From: Terriglobia bacterium
GTDB taxonomy: Bacteria > Acidobacteriota > Terriglobia > Acidiferrales > UBA7541
Reading direction: 5' to 3'
Assembly: GCA_963695545.1 (NCBI GenBank)
Contig: OY968796.1
Coordinates: 832,001 to 896,000, forward strand
DNA length: 64,000 bases
The position numbers and the translations under genes were made by a program. Positions 38,960 to 49,300 of the stretch are shown one piece after another (the stretch's first letter is position 1; every line of letters begins with the position of its first letter). A model generated the notes under the pieces. It was not told the DNA's origin. It saw nothing but the letters and a program-made list of their open reading frames with translations, and searched no databases.

Positions 38960-40084
38960 CTAGATCCAGCGCGGCACGACCGAGCGGTAGGCTTCGGCTA
39001 CGGCCTCCGCATGCGCGCGCCAGGTGAATTTCTGCGACGCGATTCGGCCTCGCTCGGCGCGCTCCGCGCGAAGATCGCAGGATTCGCTGAGCCTCGCGAT
39101 TTCGCGCGCCATGCCTTCGACATCGTCCGGGGCGTGGAGCGGCGCGGTTTTCTGCACGACTTCGGGGATCGCCCCGCGATCGGAAGCCACGACGGGCAGG
39201 CCCGAAGCCATGGCCTCGGCGACCGGCCGGCAAAATCCTTCGTGGTAGGAGGGGTAGAGCAAGACGTCGCTTGCGCGATAGAGCTGCGCCATCTCGTCCT
39301 GGGAAAGATTGTCGAGGACCGTCACGCTGTCCGCCGCGCCGAACGCGGCAAACGCCCGCAACTCGGTGGCGCCGATCCCGTATCCAGCTTTGATCAGGTG
39401 TACGGCGCGGTCCGTGCGACGCCGCAGCGCCGAAATGACGCGAAATACCCCCGGCAAATTCTTGCGCGAGTCGTTGCTGCCCACATGCAGAACGTGAATC
39501 GCGCGGGAATCGAATCGGTGGCGCGCGCGAAATTCGGAGATCGCTTCCCGCGGCGGCGCCGAACGGAAGCTCTCGGCAATGCCGTGGTATCCGAGGAACA
39601 TCCTTCGCGGGGACACGCCGAGAAATTCGCGGCATTCCGCGCGGGTGTGTTCGGAAATCACCACGACGGCGGCGGCGCGCCGCAGCGCCCGCAATCGAAA
39701 CGCCGTGGGCAGCATGGCCGCGCGGCTGGGCGCGCCGGGAAAGCGCAGGCGCCCGCGCGATACAGCGACTGGGTAGAGATCATGGCACGTGATCACGGTG
39801 CGGCGCGCCGGCAGAGCGCGCAGCAACTGCGCGTTGGCGTGATCGGAGATATGAAAGAGCTCGGCCCGAAGGCCGCGGGCCCAGCGCACGTACAGCACGT
39901 TGCGAACCCAGCGCTGCGCGAGGCGTCCCTGCATATCGCGTTCGGCAAACGGCGGCCAGGCCACGCGCGCGTCGATTCCCGGCGTTGCGGCCAGACCGTC
40001 GAACAGTTCGTTGACGTACAGCCGCATGCTCATTCCAGCTTGCGAGCGAAGCACCGGCAGCACCGCCACATCGAGTTGATTCAT
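38960..40084 (-). CDS. Glycosyltransferase family 4
   Basis: TCHDL, RKN, PSYHEGFCRPVAEAMASG. Confidence 0.9.
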   Translation of the reverse strand: MNQLDVAVLPVLRSQAGMSMRLYVNELFDGLAATPGIDARVAWPPFAERDMQGRLAQRWVRNVLYVRWARGLRAELFHISDHANAQLLRALPARRTVITCHDLYPVAVSRGRLRFPGAPSRAAMLPTAFRLRALRRAAAVVVISEHTRAECREFLGVSPRRMFLGYHGIAESFRSAPPREAISEFRARHRFDSRAIHVLHVGSNDSRKNLPGVFRVISALRRRTDRAVHLIKAGYGIGATELRAFAAFGAADSVTVLDNLSQDEMAQLYRASDVLLYPSYHEGFCRPVAEAMASGLPVVASDRGAIPEVVQKTAPLHAPDDVEGMAREIARLSESCDLRAERAERGRIASQKFTWRAHAEAVAEAYRSVVPRWI

Positions 40085-40162
40085 TTCGCTGCTTTCCGCA
40101 TTACTTCCCGCGCCCTTTTCCGCAAGGCATCGTTACGGTTGGGAACGCCGAAAACTGTGTAT

Positions 40163-41137
40163 TCACGCGCGCGCCGCTGTGACGGCGGCAGCAGATGCGC
40201 TTTCGGTGCGCCAGATGGTTTTCTCGTGCCAGTATTCGACGGTGCGCCGCAAACCGTCTTCGAGCGTCACGCGCGGCTGCCATCCAACCGTGCGCTCCGC
40301 CTTCGCGGCATTGCCGATCAGCACCTCGATGTCCAGAGGACGCCGCGGAATCGTGTCCCACAGAATTTCGGCGCGCGAGCCGGTCAATTCCTGCAGCGAG
40401 AGCACGAGATCTTCAATGCTGATTCCGCGGCCTGTCGCGAAGTTCAGGACTTGGCCGACGGCGTTGGGATTGCCCAGGCAAGCGAGATACGCGCTTACGT
40501 GATCGTCCACGTGGAGAAGGTCGCGCACCGGCGTGGGAGAGCCCAGGCGAACGCATTGCCCGCGCAGCATCTGCACCACGATGCGCTCGACGATGAAATG
40601 CGTGTTGTCTTTCCGGCCGTAGGTGTTGAATGGCCGGAGAACGGTCGCCGGAAATCCATAGGCGGCGTGCATGTACATCACATACTTTTCCGCGGCCAGC
40701 TTGCTCACCGAATACGGGCTGTTGGGGCACTGCGGCGTGTCTTCAAGTTTCGGCACCGGTCCATTGCCGTAAGTCTCCGAGGTCGAAGCGAACAGAAACT
40801 GTTTGAAGTGCGGCACCTCGCGCAAGCAAGCTTCCGCCAGATGAATCGTGCCTTGAAGATTGGCTTCCATCACTTCGTTGGGATGGTCGTAGCTGTAGGA
40901 GACCGGGCTGATCGCCGCGAGGTGGATCACCGCTTCGGGTTGAACGTCGCGCACCGCCTGGCGCACGGCGAAATGGTCGCGCAAGTCGCAGAAAACCGAG
41001 CGGACCTCGCGATGGCCTCCGAGTACATAACGACCGGTGACGTAGCGTTCGAGCGAATAGACGTGGTGCTCGGACGCCAGGCGTCCGATCAGATGCGCTC
41101 CGATGAAACCCGTTGCGCCAGTGAGAAGAATGCGCAT
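40163..41137 (-). CDS. NAD-dependent NDP-sugar dehydratase/epimerase (Gmd/RmlB-like)
   Basis: TGATGFIG, HLAA, ASTSETYG, SPYSVSK, RPFNTYG; GGAGG RBS. Confidence 0.88.
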   Translation of the reverse strand: MRILLTGATGFIGAHLIGRLASEHHVYSLERYVTGRYVLGGHREVRSVFCDLRDHFAVRQAVRDVQPEAVIHLAAISPVSYSYDHPNEVMEANLQGTIHLAEACLREVPHFKQFLFASTSETYGNGPVPKLEDTPQCPNSPYSVSKLAAEKYVMYMHAAYGFPATVLRPFNTYGRKDNTHFIVERIVVQMLRGQCVRLGSPTPVRDLLHVDDHVSAYLACLGNPNAVGQVLNFATGRGISIEDLVLSLQELTGSRAEILWDTIPRRPLDIEVLIGNAAKAERTVGWQPRVTLEDGLRRTVEYWHEKTIWRTESASAAAVTAARA

Positions 41138-41234
41138 AACCATTACCTCCGTGTGTTCGCGTGACCGAATGACTTCCGCAAATTCCTCAATCAGTTCCTT
41201 CGTGTACGTTCGCGAAGCGCGTGATCGCAGCGCC

Positions 41235-42008
41235 TCACCAGTTCGCGGGCGGCCGGTGCGCCACGGCGATCAGGTTGCGCGTGAAAATTTCGCGCCGCGT
41301 TTGCCCCGTCTCCACGGCGAGAGAGAAACGCAGTACGGCGTTGATTCCCTGCCAGAGCGTCCAGCGCACGGCGCTCGCCGGTCCGTGCACGCGCGGGCCT
41401 TCCGGCAGCACGCGGATGCGCTCAAAGCCGGCGAGGCGCAGCACTTGAGAAATGCTGGACAGCGTGAAGGCCTGCCGATGCGTAAAATCGGAATAGCGAA
41501 TCAGCCCCGCGAGAGGTCCCGAGCCATTCGCGGTGCGCAGGATCAGGCGGCCGCCGGGCCGCAGTGCGTCCAGCTGTGCGCGAAGAAACGCAAGCGTCGC
41601 GGCGGGCTCGATGTGCTCAAGCACATCGAAGTTCGCCAGGCAATCGAAAGACCGGCAGTTCGCATCGAGAAAACTCATGGCGTCGGCTTCGATCGCGCCT
41701 TCGATACCATGGCGTTTGGCGAGCTCGATTTGCTCGCGACTGCGATCTACGCCGCAGGCGTTCGCGTAGCCGCACGACTTGAGGAAATAAAGGAAACTGC
41801 CGCTGCCGCAGCCGATATCCGCAATCCGCGCGGAGCGGTCCGCGGGCAAAAGCGAACCGAAATAATCGCGCCAAGTGCGCCGGTCGGCTTCGAGCGACGC
41901 GCGGTCCTGCGAGCGAATCGACCCGACGTGCGTGGAAACGTAGCGGTCATACGCTTCGTCGCCCGCGGCGCGCGCAGGCTTTGCGCGCACTTCACCCGTC
42001 GATGCCAT
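41235..42008 (-). CDS. Class I SAM-dependent methyltransferase
   Basis: ADIGCGSG, FDVLEH, LRPGG. Confidence 0.88.
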   Translation of the reverse strand: MASTGEVRAKPARAAGDEAYDRYVSTHVGSIRSQDRASLEADRRTWRDYFGSLLPADRSARIADIGCGSGSFLYFLKSCGYANACGVDRSREQIELAKRHGIEGAIEADAMSFLDANCRSFDCLANFDVLEHIEPAATLAFLRAQLDALRPGGRLILRTANGSGPLAGLIRYSDFTHRQAFTLSSISQVLRLAGFERIRVLPEGPRVHGPASAVRWTLWQGINAVLRFSLAVETGQTRREIFTRNLIAVAHRPPANW

Positions 42009-43224
42009 GGCCGCACTCCTGTCGGGAAAATTGAGAACGTGCCGGCGAGCCGGTTCTGCGCGCGAGGGCTTGCTCGAAGGCTTGGTAAGTGCGCGCGGCC
42101 ACAGCGTCGTTGGTATAGAAGCGCAACGCGCGGATGCGCCCCCGGTCGCCGATTTCCCCGCGCAAATCGGGGGAGGCAACAAGAGCGTCGAGTGCCGCTC
42201 GCAGTTCGCGCGTGTCGCGCTCAGGCACGATCATCGCCGCGTCGCCCGCGACTTCCGGCAACGCGCCGGAATTCGAGACGATCGACGGAATTCCGAGCAT
42301 CATGGCTTGCGCAAGCGTCAAGCCGAACTGTTCTTTCCATGCGGGCACGGCGTAGGAATCGAGAGCGAAGATGTCCGCGCAGCGGAGATAGCGCGGCACC
42401 TGGTCGTGCGCGACCGCGGGCACATGCACGATGCGTCCAGGAAGGCGCGCCATCCATTGCTCCCGAATTTCCCGCTCCAGCGGCCCGGAGCCGACCAGCA
42501 GCAGCTTCCATCGCCGGCAAGCGAGCGAAGCCAGGGCCTCATGCAGCAAACCAACTCCCTTTTCCGGAATCATGCGGCCCACGTATGCGACGACAACGCC
42601 TTCCGACAATCCCAATTCGCGGCGCAGCTTGGGCTCACGCCCCGGCCGATGAGCCGCGGGATCGAGACCTAGTTGAGGAACAACGTGAGTGCGGAACTGG
42701 ATGCGCGCCGCGCTTGCTTCGTCGCGCGCGAGCGTTTCCGCATCACGATTGCCACAGAGCAAGAGGTCGGCGCGGCGCAAAGTGAAGCGACGCAGCACGC
42801 CTTTCACCGCGCCGAGCGGGAAACGCCGGCGACGCAGTAAGTTGTCCCACGTGAAAACGGTCAGCGCCGCGTTCGGCGCGAGCGCCGCGCGGGCGAGCAC
42901 AACTTCGAGCGTGACCACCGATTGCGGCTCTTCCTCGACGTGAATCACTTCGGGACGAAACCGCGCGAACACCCGCGCGAGACCGGGCGGGTCGTATACG
43001 GCGGTAACGTGCGAGCACCCCAGCGCCGTGGCCAGCGGAACAATTTCCTGCGCGTCGAGTTGTGCGTGCCGCTCGAGCGCGTAGGTATGGCGAAAGACGT
43101 CGTGTCGTGCGCGGCGCGGCACGATCAGACGCAGCTCAAGCGTCGGGTCTAAGCGCTTCATCGCGGCGTATTTTTCCTGGTTCTGCGCCACAACGTAGGT
43201 GTGACCGACGACGGCGAGTCTCAT
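41992..43224 (-). CDS. Glycosyltransferase family 4
   Basis: True start MRLAVVGHTY at an ATGA overlap; YVGRMIPEKG, WKEQFGLTLAQAM. Confidence 0.88.
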   Translation of the reverse strand: MRLAVVGHTYVVAQNQEKYAAMKRLDPTLELRLIVPRRARHDVFRHTYALERHAQLDAQEIVPLATALGCSHVTAVYDPPGLARVFARFRPEVIHVEEEPQSVVTLEVVLARAALAPNAALTVFTWDNLLRRRRFPLGAVKGVLRRFTLRRADLLLCGNRDAETLARDEASAARIQFRTHVVPQLGLDPAAHRPGREPKLRRELGLSEGVVVAYVGRMIPEKGVGLLHEALASLACRRWKLLLVGSGPLEREIREQWMARLPGRIVHVPAVAHDQVPRYLRCADIFALDSYAVPAWKEQFGLTLAQAMMLGIPSIVSNSGALPEVAGDAAMIVPERDTRELRAALDALVASPDLRGEIGDRGRIRALRFYTNDAVAARTYQAFEQALARRTGSPARSQFSRQECGHGIDG

Positions 43225-44729
43225 GTCGATTCCTCGGCGATCTCGCCTTGCGCCGATGCGTCTTCGCACGGACGATCGAGCGCCGGCAAACTCGCCATCA
43301 CGCCCGCGAACAGCCAGAAATAGACGTTGACGGGATCGAGATCGAGCAGCCAGGTCTTGAAGCTGTAGAGCATGGCGACAATCAGAAAACCCAGGAGCGC
43401 GGCAGCTGTCGCGTGCAGCCCCGGATCGCGCAGACGTCTTAAGATTTTCGATCCCGCGATCAGCAACGCAGCGAACACCGCGATCAACAACACCAATCCG
43501 AGCGCGCCGAGTTCGTAGCCGGCTTTGGCGTAATAGTTTTCGATCGCTCGGAAGAATTCCGGCCGCTCGAGTGCGTAGCGCGCAGAACCCGTGTTGGTTC
43601 CCGTGCCGTACCCAAACCAGGATGACGCGAGCGATTCGACGAGGCCGTTGTAAGCGGTGCTCACGGCGTAGGTCTCGAATAGGCCGGAGATCAATCCGAA
43701 CAACGGCCGCGCGGCAATGCGCGAAATCGCCAGCGCTCCGGCCAGGCCGGCTGCGGTGTAACCCACGGCACGGAGAGCGCCGGCCAGGCCGCGGTTGAGC
43801 CAGTACATCAGCGCGAGAAGCAGCGGAACGAAAATGTAAGCGGCGCGCGCGCCGGAAAGAAATCCGGCCATGGCCACGAAAACCAGCATCGCGCTTCCGA
43901 ACCGGCGCCAGGCGCGCGATGGATCGCCGAACGCCAATGCAAAACACGGCACCAGCATGGCCAGCGTGAAGCCGAAATATTGCAGCTCGAAAGTGAACGT
44001 CGAAGGAATACGCATGATCTGTCCGCCGCCCACCTCGAACAAACCAAGCGATTGCGTGACGTCCGCCGCAGCGCTGCCGTAGACCGTGGCCATGACGCGG
44101 TCGTAGCCAAACAAGAGCGACGCGACGTATTCGCCCACTCCCAGCGCGCATGGCAGGAGGGCCAGCACGGAAAGCATGCGAATTACGCGCGTCAAATCTC
44201 GGCGCTCGCTCACGAAGGCCACCGCCAGCACGAACAGCGGCAAGTAGGAAAGCCAGACCTTCGCTCCGATCACGGCGCTCAGCAGGTTGGGCACGCCGGG
44301 ATTGAACATTTGGGCGGCGACCAGCGCTGCGAACGCGCCCATCAACGCGGCGAGCGTTCGGTTGATGCGCGGAAACTGCTGACGGCGAAGCGCGATCGCC
44401 CCGAAAAATCCCAGATAGGCCGGCAAAACGAACAGCCAATCCTTGAAAAGCGCTGGTTGAAGAATCTCCGGACCCGTCCAGCCGTAAAACGCCAGCGTCG
44501 CGACGCCGGAAACCGGTAGGAACAACAGAAGGCCGTAGATGCCGCGCTTCCAGTCCACAAGAATCACGAGATAGAGAGCGCATGCGATGAATAGGCCGGC
44601 CGCGGCTGTCGATTCGGCGCGGAGAATGCAAAATGCCGCAAGCGCCGTGGCAACCGCGAGGGCGCCGAGCAAGCCCAGCGTCGATAGAAACGGGCGCTCC
44701 GCGTCCGCGGGCGCATTCACGGCTGCCAT
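43221..44729 (-). CDS. Putative Wzy polymerase (polytopic membrane protein)
   Basis: About 12 transmembrane segments; RIPSTF, SGARAA, GYGTG, ENYY...ELG motifs; lies among GT genes. Confidence 0.75.
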   Translation of the reverse strand: MAAVNAPADAERPFLSTLGLLGALAVATALAAFCILRAESTAAAGLFIACALYLVILVDWKRGIYGLLLFLPVSGVATLAFYGWTGPEILQPALFKDWLFVLPAYLGFFGAIALRRQQFPRINRTLAALMGAFAALVAAQMFNPGVPNLLSAVIGAKVWLSYLPLFVLAVAFVSERRDLTRVIRMLSVLALLPCALGVGEYVASLLFGYDRVMATVYGSAAADVTQSLGLFEVGGGQIMRIPSTFTFELQYFGFTLAMLVPCFALAFGDPSRAWRRFGSAMLVFVAMAGFLSGARAAYIFVPLLLALMYWLNRGLAGALRAVGYTAAGLAGALAISRIAARPLFGLISGLFETYAVSTAYNGLVESLASSWFGYGTGTNTGSARYALERPEFFRAIENYYAKAGYELGALGLVLLIAVFAALLIAGSKILRRLRDPGLHATAAALLGFLIVAMLYSFKTWLLDLDPVNVYFWLFAGVMASLPALDRPCEDASAQGEIAEEST

Positions 44730-44756
44730 GGATCGAATGATTCGCTTCTTGGCTCC

Positions 44757-46841
44757 TTATCCCGCGGACAGCGCGCGCGACACGGCTGCCGCGAGCCGCT
44801 CGCCATACGCTGTCCAAGAAAATTCTTCGGCTCGTCGCCGCGCCGCGTGCGCCATGTCCCGGCGACGCTCGGCATTGCAGTACAGCTCGACCAAGCGCTC
44901 GGCCAGCGGCTCGATCTCCCCGGCCGGCACGAGGAATCCTTCGATGCCGTTGCGCACCACTGAACCCGCGCTCGGCGTGGCAATTACGGGCAGGCCGGAC
45001 GCCATCGCCTCATAGGTCACCAGCGCCGAGCCTTCGTGCAGCGACGGAAGAACGAACACGTCGGCGCGGCGATAGATTTCGGCCAGCACAGCCTGCGAGG
45101 TTTGCGGCCGCCAGACGAACGTGTCGCGATAGCGTGGAAGCCAGTGCCCCCCGCCCACGATCTCTCCCACAAGTTCCAATTGGGCGTGGGGCAAATGCAA
45201 ACTGCGGAAAGCCTCGAGCAATTGCGCGATGCCTTTTGTTTGCGAGAGCCTGCCGACGAACAACACGCGAAAAACTCCGTCCGTGGCGCGTGGTTCGGGT
45301 GCGAAACGCTCGAGATCCGCGCCGAACGGCACATCCAAGATCCGTTCCGGCGCGGCGCCGGAAGCGAGCAGCGCCTCGCGCACGTAACCTGATGGCGCGA
45401 GAATGGCGTCGGCAAGGCGCATCTCTTCTCGATCTCTCGCGAGCCGCTCGTCCGACAAAGTCTCGGGATGCGGAAGCGAGTCCGCAAAATCGGGCCAGCG
45501 CTCGGCTTCGCGCGCGAAAAGATGCCGCGCGTGCAAGAGCGGTGCGCTGCTTTGATCGAGGATGGTGCGAATCCCCAGGCGATGCGCCGCGCGAAACGTG
45601 GCCATCGCGCAAGTATCGAAACAAATCACTCCGGCGGGACGTTCACGCTGGAGACAGCGCGCCACGCTCGAATCGAAAACACGGTTGCGCCAGCCCGATA
45701 GAAATTCCCAGTGCCGGCGCCCCGCGCGAAAACGCGTCGCTAGAAAGTAAGCGCCTTCAACCAATGGACGCGTGAGGATTCGTTCGGCTGGAATTTCGGG
45801 ATACGATCGCCGCGCGCACTGCCGCCGGAATTTTTCGGCCTGCGCCTCCGGAAGAAGCCGCAGCGCGCCAGCCAACGGCCCCGCAGCGGAAAAACGCACG
45901 CCGGTTACGAATCGCTTGAGCATGCCCGAGCGATTGAGCGCCACGGCCGCGCGCTCGCAATGCTGGCCGCCGGGATGCGCCAGCAAAACACTTTGTTGCG
46001 AGGAAGTACCTTCACCGGGTCGAACTCTCGACGGGCGAATCGGTGTGCACTCTCTCGCCGGGCCCGCCGGCTTCTGCGCCACCACCAACAGACGAAACGC
46101 GTGGCCGGCCACGCGTTCCCAGCGCTCATGTCGCCGCCGCAGCGCCCACACGATTCGGAAACGCGTTTCCTCAATCAATTGCTCGAGGTGCGTGGCACGG
46201 AAACGGAATGGATGGCAGAGCACGGCGAGCGTATCGCGATCGCGCCGGCCGGCGTAGGCGTGAAACTTGATGAGGCTCGCGATCGAAACCGTGTCGCATC
46301 CCAGAATCAAATAGCCGCCAGGACGCAAAATCCGAAAACATTCGCTCAACACCGCCGCGGGCGATTCGACGTGGTCGAGCACGTTGTATGAAGCCACGAT
46401 CGCAACGGAGCCCGTGTCCACAGGCAGATCTTCCCCGCGCGCTTCGATGTGCGTGTAATTGCGGCGGCATTCGGCGACCAGCGCGTGCATCGGTCGAGGA
46501 AGATCGATAGCGGGCGCGGCCGCGGGAAGCGGATCGACGCCGAGCAGGCTCCCTTCGGTTGAAAGAAAATGCAGCATGCCGATTCCCATCGGGCCGATGC
46601 CGACTTCTACTTTTTGTCCGTCACAACCAAGCAGCTCCGGCACAGCCGCCACCGCTTGATCGAGCGCGACAACCTTTTCGGCCAAAATGCGCGCCTGTTC
46701 GCGCAGCGAGCGGCGCGCGTGTTCCCAATAAATGGCTTCACCGCGCTGCGCGATTCGCCATCGCCCCGCATCCACGGCGAGAATGAGGTGCGCCGGGCCG
46801 GGAATGGCTTCAGATTTCATTTCAGGAGTTTCAAAGCGCAT
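44757..46841 (-). CDS. Fusion: SAM methyltransferase + GT4 glycosyltransferase
   Basis: N-terminal VEVGIGP, NVLDHV, ILRPGG; C-terminal FVGRLSQTKG, PSLHEGSALVTYEAMASG. Confidence 0.85.
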   Translation of the reverse strand: MRFETPEMKSEAIPGPAHLILAVDAGRWRIAQRGEAIYWEHARRSLREQARILAEKVVALDQAVAAVPELLGCDGQKVEVGIGPMGIGMLHFLSTEGSLLGVDPLPAAAPAIDLPRPMHALVAECRRNYTHIEARGEDLPVDTGSVAIVASYNVLDHVESPAAVLSECFRILRPGGYLILGCDTVSIASLIKFHAYAGRRDRDTLAVLCHPFRFRATHLEQLIEETRFRIVWALRRRHERWERVAGHAFRLLVVAQKPAGPARECTPIRPSRVRPGEGTSSQQSVLLAHPGGQHCERAAVALNRSGMLKRFVTGVRFSAAGPLAGALRLLPEAQAEKFRRQCARRSYPEIPAERILTRPLVEGAYFLATRFRAGRRHWEFLSGWRNRVFDSSVARCLQRERPAGVICFDTCAMATFRAAHRLGIRTILDQSSAPLLHARHLFAREAERWPDFADSLPHPETLSDERLARDREEMRLADAILAPSGYVREALLASGAAPERILDVPFGADLERFAPEPRATDGVFRVLFVGRLSQTKGIAQLLEAFRSLHLPHAQLELVGEIVGGGHWLPRYRDTFVWRPQTSQAVLAEIYRRADVFVLPSLHEGSALVTYEAMASGLPVIATPSAGSVVRNGIEGFLVPAGEIEPLAERLVELYCNAERRRDMAHAARRRAEEFSWTAYGERLAAAVSRALSAG

Positions 46842-46853
46842 GCTTCTCCTCGC

Positions 46854-48446
46854 CTACGCGCTGCGCACCACGCCCGACATCCAACGGCTCAGCACGCCCG
46901 ATTGCCATCGCAAGAAATGCCCGCAAGCCGTGGCCTCTGGCACGCGCAGGATCAGGCTGCCGAGGAAAAAAACTGCGATGCTCGCGCAGAATCCGCCGCT
47001 CACCTCGAGCCCAGAACCGACGCGCGGCACTTCCGTGGCCTGACCGAGAAGCGCGCCTGCCGCGGCGCCGGCCCAGCCGCTCACAACGCCGAGCGCGGTA
47101 AGCTCGAAAGCAAACGGCAACCATGCGCGCACATCCGCGAAACCCGCTCGGCCATAGAGCGCAGCGAGCAATGCCAGCGCGCACGACCAGCCGAGGATTG
47201 TATAAAGTGACGCGAGGCCGTCTGCGCCCCAGCGCGCGGCCCAAAGCGCTGCAACCGTCAGCGCTAAGCATCCTCCGAGGCTCACGATCGTCGGCAACCA
47301 AGCTTGCTGCCGGGCATAGAGCATTTTTTGTGCGTGGGTAATGATCACCACTGCCGGCGTTGATAGACTCAGCAGTCCAAACAACTGCGCGACGTGCGCC
47401 GAAGCCTGCGCGCCGAGGGCGCCGCGCTCCAGTAGCAACGCCACAATCGGACGGCGCAGTGCCAGCGCCCATGCGGCCGTGGGAGCCGCAAGAAATAAAC
47501 CCATGCGCAGTCCGCGCGTGCCCAGAGTTTCCAGATCCGCAGGCGCTCCCGTGGAGCGTTCGTCGGCGAAGCGCGGAAACAAAACCGTGGCCAGCGTCAG
47601 CGGCGCAAGCGAGATCAAAAGCCCGAGCTTGAATGCGTAGCCGAAAACAGCGAGACTTCCCGTCGGCAAACCCGACAACACGCGATTGATCACCAGCGGC
47701 GACCAAATTCCAGCAAGGAACATTCCCAGAAGAGGAATTGAAAGCGCGAGACCTCGGCGCACGTCCGGATCGCGAAGGCCGAACGCGAAACTCGCGCGCG
47801 CCCGATCTTTTCTGACCAGTGGAACAAGGCGACCGAGCGTCAGCGCGGAGCCCACTGCGACCGAGACGATCGTGGCGAAGATCAAAGGCCCGGAAGTCGC
47901 GCGCGCCGCAACCACCACGATCGCCGCGAGCAAAAGATTGCGCGCGAGTTGCGCAACCGAGGGCAGCCAGAAAATGCGTTGCGTATAAAGCAGCGCCGTG
48001 GCCACCCCGGTCACAACCAGCGGCGCGTAGGCCAATCCAATCCAGCGAACAAACGCCAAGGCTTCGGCGCGCCCAGGACCCGCGAGCCCTCCGGCCAGCA
48101 ACCACACCACGGCTTTCGGCCACAAAAATTGCGCCGCGCCAAACAGTCCCGCGCCGAGCAGAAAAACGTTGCCGATTCCCTGCGCCACGCGCCAGGCTTC
48201 CGCTGCGCCGCGCCGCGCCCGGCAATCCGTGAACACCGGCACCAGCACATGCGGCAGAATTTGCAGCACCAGCAGTTGTTGCCCCATCAGCAACAGCATC
48301 GAGCCGATGCGATATGCATCGGCGATGCTCGACGTGCCGTAGCGCCACGCCAAGGCCATCTCCACGGCCATGCCGGCCACCGGGCTCAGCAGCGAAAGAA
48401 TGGTGAGCGCGATTGCGGCGCGCGCCGTCTCGTAGGCCGGACGCAT
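46854..48446 (-). CDS. MurJ/MviN-like MOP flippase
   Basis: YGTSSIADAY, LVPVF, ATVLFP, LLERGA; about 14 transmembrane segments. Confidence 0.8.
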   Translation of the reverse strand: MRPAYETARAAIALTILSLLSPVAGMAVEMALAWRYGTSSIADAYRIGSMLLLMGQQLLVLQILPHVLVPVFTDCRARRGAAEAWRVAQGIGNVFLLGAGLFGAAQFLWPKAVVWLLAGGLAGPGRAEALAFVRWIGLAYAPLVVTGVATALLYTQRIFWLPSVAQLARNLLLAAIVVVAARATSGPLIFATIVSVAVGSALTLGRLVPLVRKDRARASFAFGLRDPDVRRGLALSIPLLGMFLAGIWSPLVINRVLSGLPTGSLAVFGYAFKLGLLISLAPLTLATVLFPRFADERSTGAPADLETLGTRGLRMGLFLAAPTAAWALALRRPIVALLLERGALGAQASAHVAQLFGLLSLSTPAVVIITHAQKMLYARQQAWLPTIVSLGGCLALTVAALWAARWGADGLASLYTILGWSCALALLAALYGRAGFADVRAWLPFAFELTALGVVSGWAGAAAGALLGQATEVPRVGSGLEVSGGFCASIAVFFLGSLILRVPEATACGHFLRWQSGVLSRWMSGVVRSA

Positions 48447-49300
48447 CAGCACACCCACTCGCGCGCGAAATAAGCGTGGGACGGCGGCGCGAGAGCCATG
48501 CGAGCAAAACCGTGTTGCCGGAGCAGGCGCTCGCAGGCGCCCAGGCTCTGTGCGCCGTGATACTCCATCACGATGCGCTCGATGCGATCGAGGACGGGCC
48601 GCGCGCCTTCGAGCGCTTCGAGTTCCGAACCTTCGACGTCGAGTTTCAGGAGATGAACGGCCGGAACGGCGTAGCAATCCAAAAGCGCTGGGAGCGTCGT
48701 CACATCCACGAAAATCTCAGACCACGCACTCGCCGATTCGTCCGCGCCTTTCTCCGTCATGGCCCCGGCCAGCGCCAGATGTCCGAGCGTCGATGCGTCC
48801 GATCGCCGGAACGCCGCTCGGCCCACCGCGCGTCCTACGGCTAAACGCAGCGCCGTAACCGCCGCAGCACCATTGCGCTCGAGATTTATTCCCAGACGAG
48901 CGAAGGTCTCAGGATCCGGCTCCAGCGCGAAAATCCGCGCGCAAGCGGCGCGCGCGGCGCGCAGCGAAAACATTCCGATGTTCGCGCCGCAATCGACCAC
49001 GCACCAACCCGGCCGCAGCGCGAACGCCGGATGCCGCTCGTACACAAGGTCTCGGAAAATTTCCTGATAGAGACACAACTCGCCGCCGCCGGGGCGCACA
49101 TGAATCTCCAACCCGCCGAGCCGAATCGCGCACTCGCCGTGCCCGCGAGAGCCCAGGCCCGCGCGGCCCAGCGCGCGTCGCGCGATATATCCGGCAAGCG
49201 CGCGATGCTCGGCGAATCCCCGCGCGTCGTGCCAGCAACCTGCCGCCGCGCGAAGCATCGGCTTGAAGTGACTCCATTCCGTTTGGGCGGCATTGCTCAC
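48446..49300 (-). CDS. FkbM family methyltransferase
   Basis: VVDCGANIG, ALEPD, LLKLDVEGSE; GTGA overlap start. Confidence 0.9.
   Translation of the reverse strand: MSNAAQTEWSHFKPMLRAAAGCWHDARGFAEHRALAGYIARRALGRAGLGSRGHGECAIRLGGLEIHVRPGGGELCLYQEIFRDLVYERHPAFALRPGWCVVDCGANIGMFSLRAARAACARIFALEPDPETFARLGINLERNGAAAVTALRLAVGRAVGRAAFRRSDASTLGHLALAGAMTEKGADESASAWSEIFVDVTTLPALLDCYAVPAVHLLKLDVEGSELEALEGARPVLDRIERIVMEYHGAQSLGACERLLRQHGFARMALAPPSHAYFAREWVC

Noticed and set aside
36974..42785. Long plus-strand ORFs (636, 747 and 560 aa)
   Set aside because: Antisense shadows of well-supported minus-strand genes; no motifs; expected in high-GC DNA.
41992..44817. 941-aa ORF suggesting a giant glycosyltransferase
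   Set aside because: The first ~530 aa are an Arg-rich alternative frame over the Wzy-like gene; the real GT4 starts at 43224 with an ATGA overlap.
46831..48507. 558-aa minus-strand ORF overlapping the flippase
   Set aside because: Arg/Gly/Ala-rich off-frame product with no domain signal.
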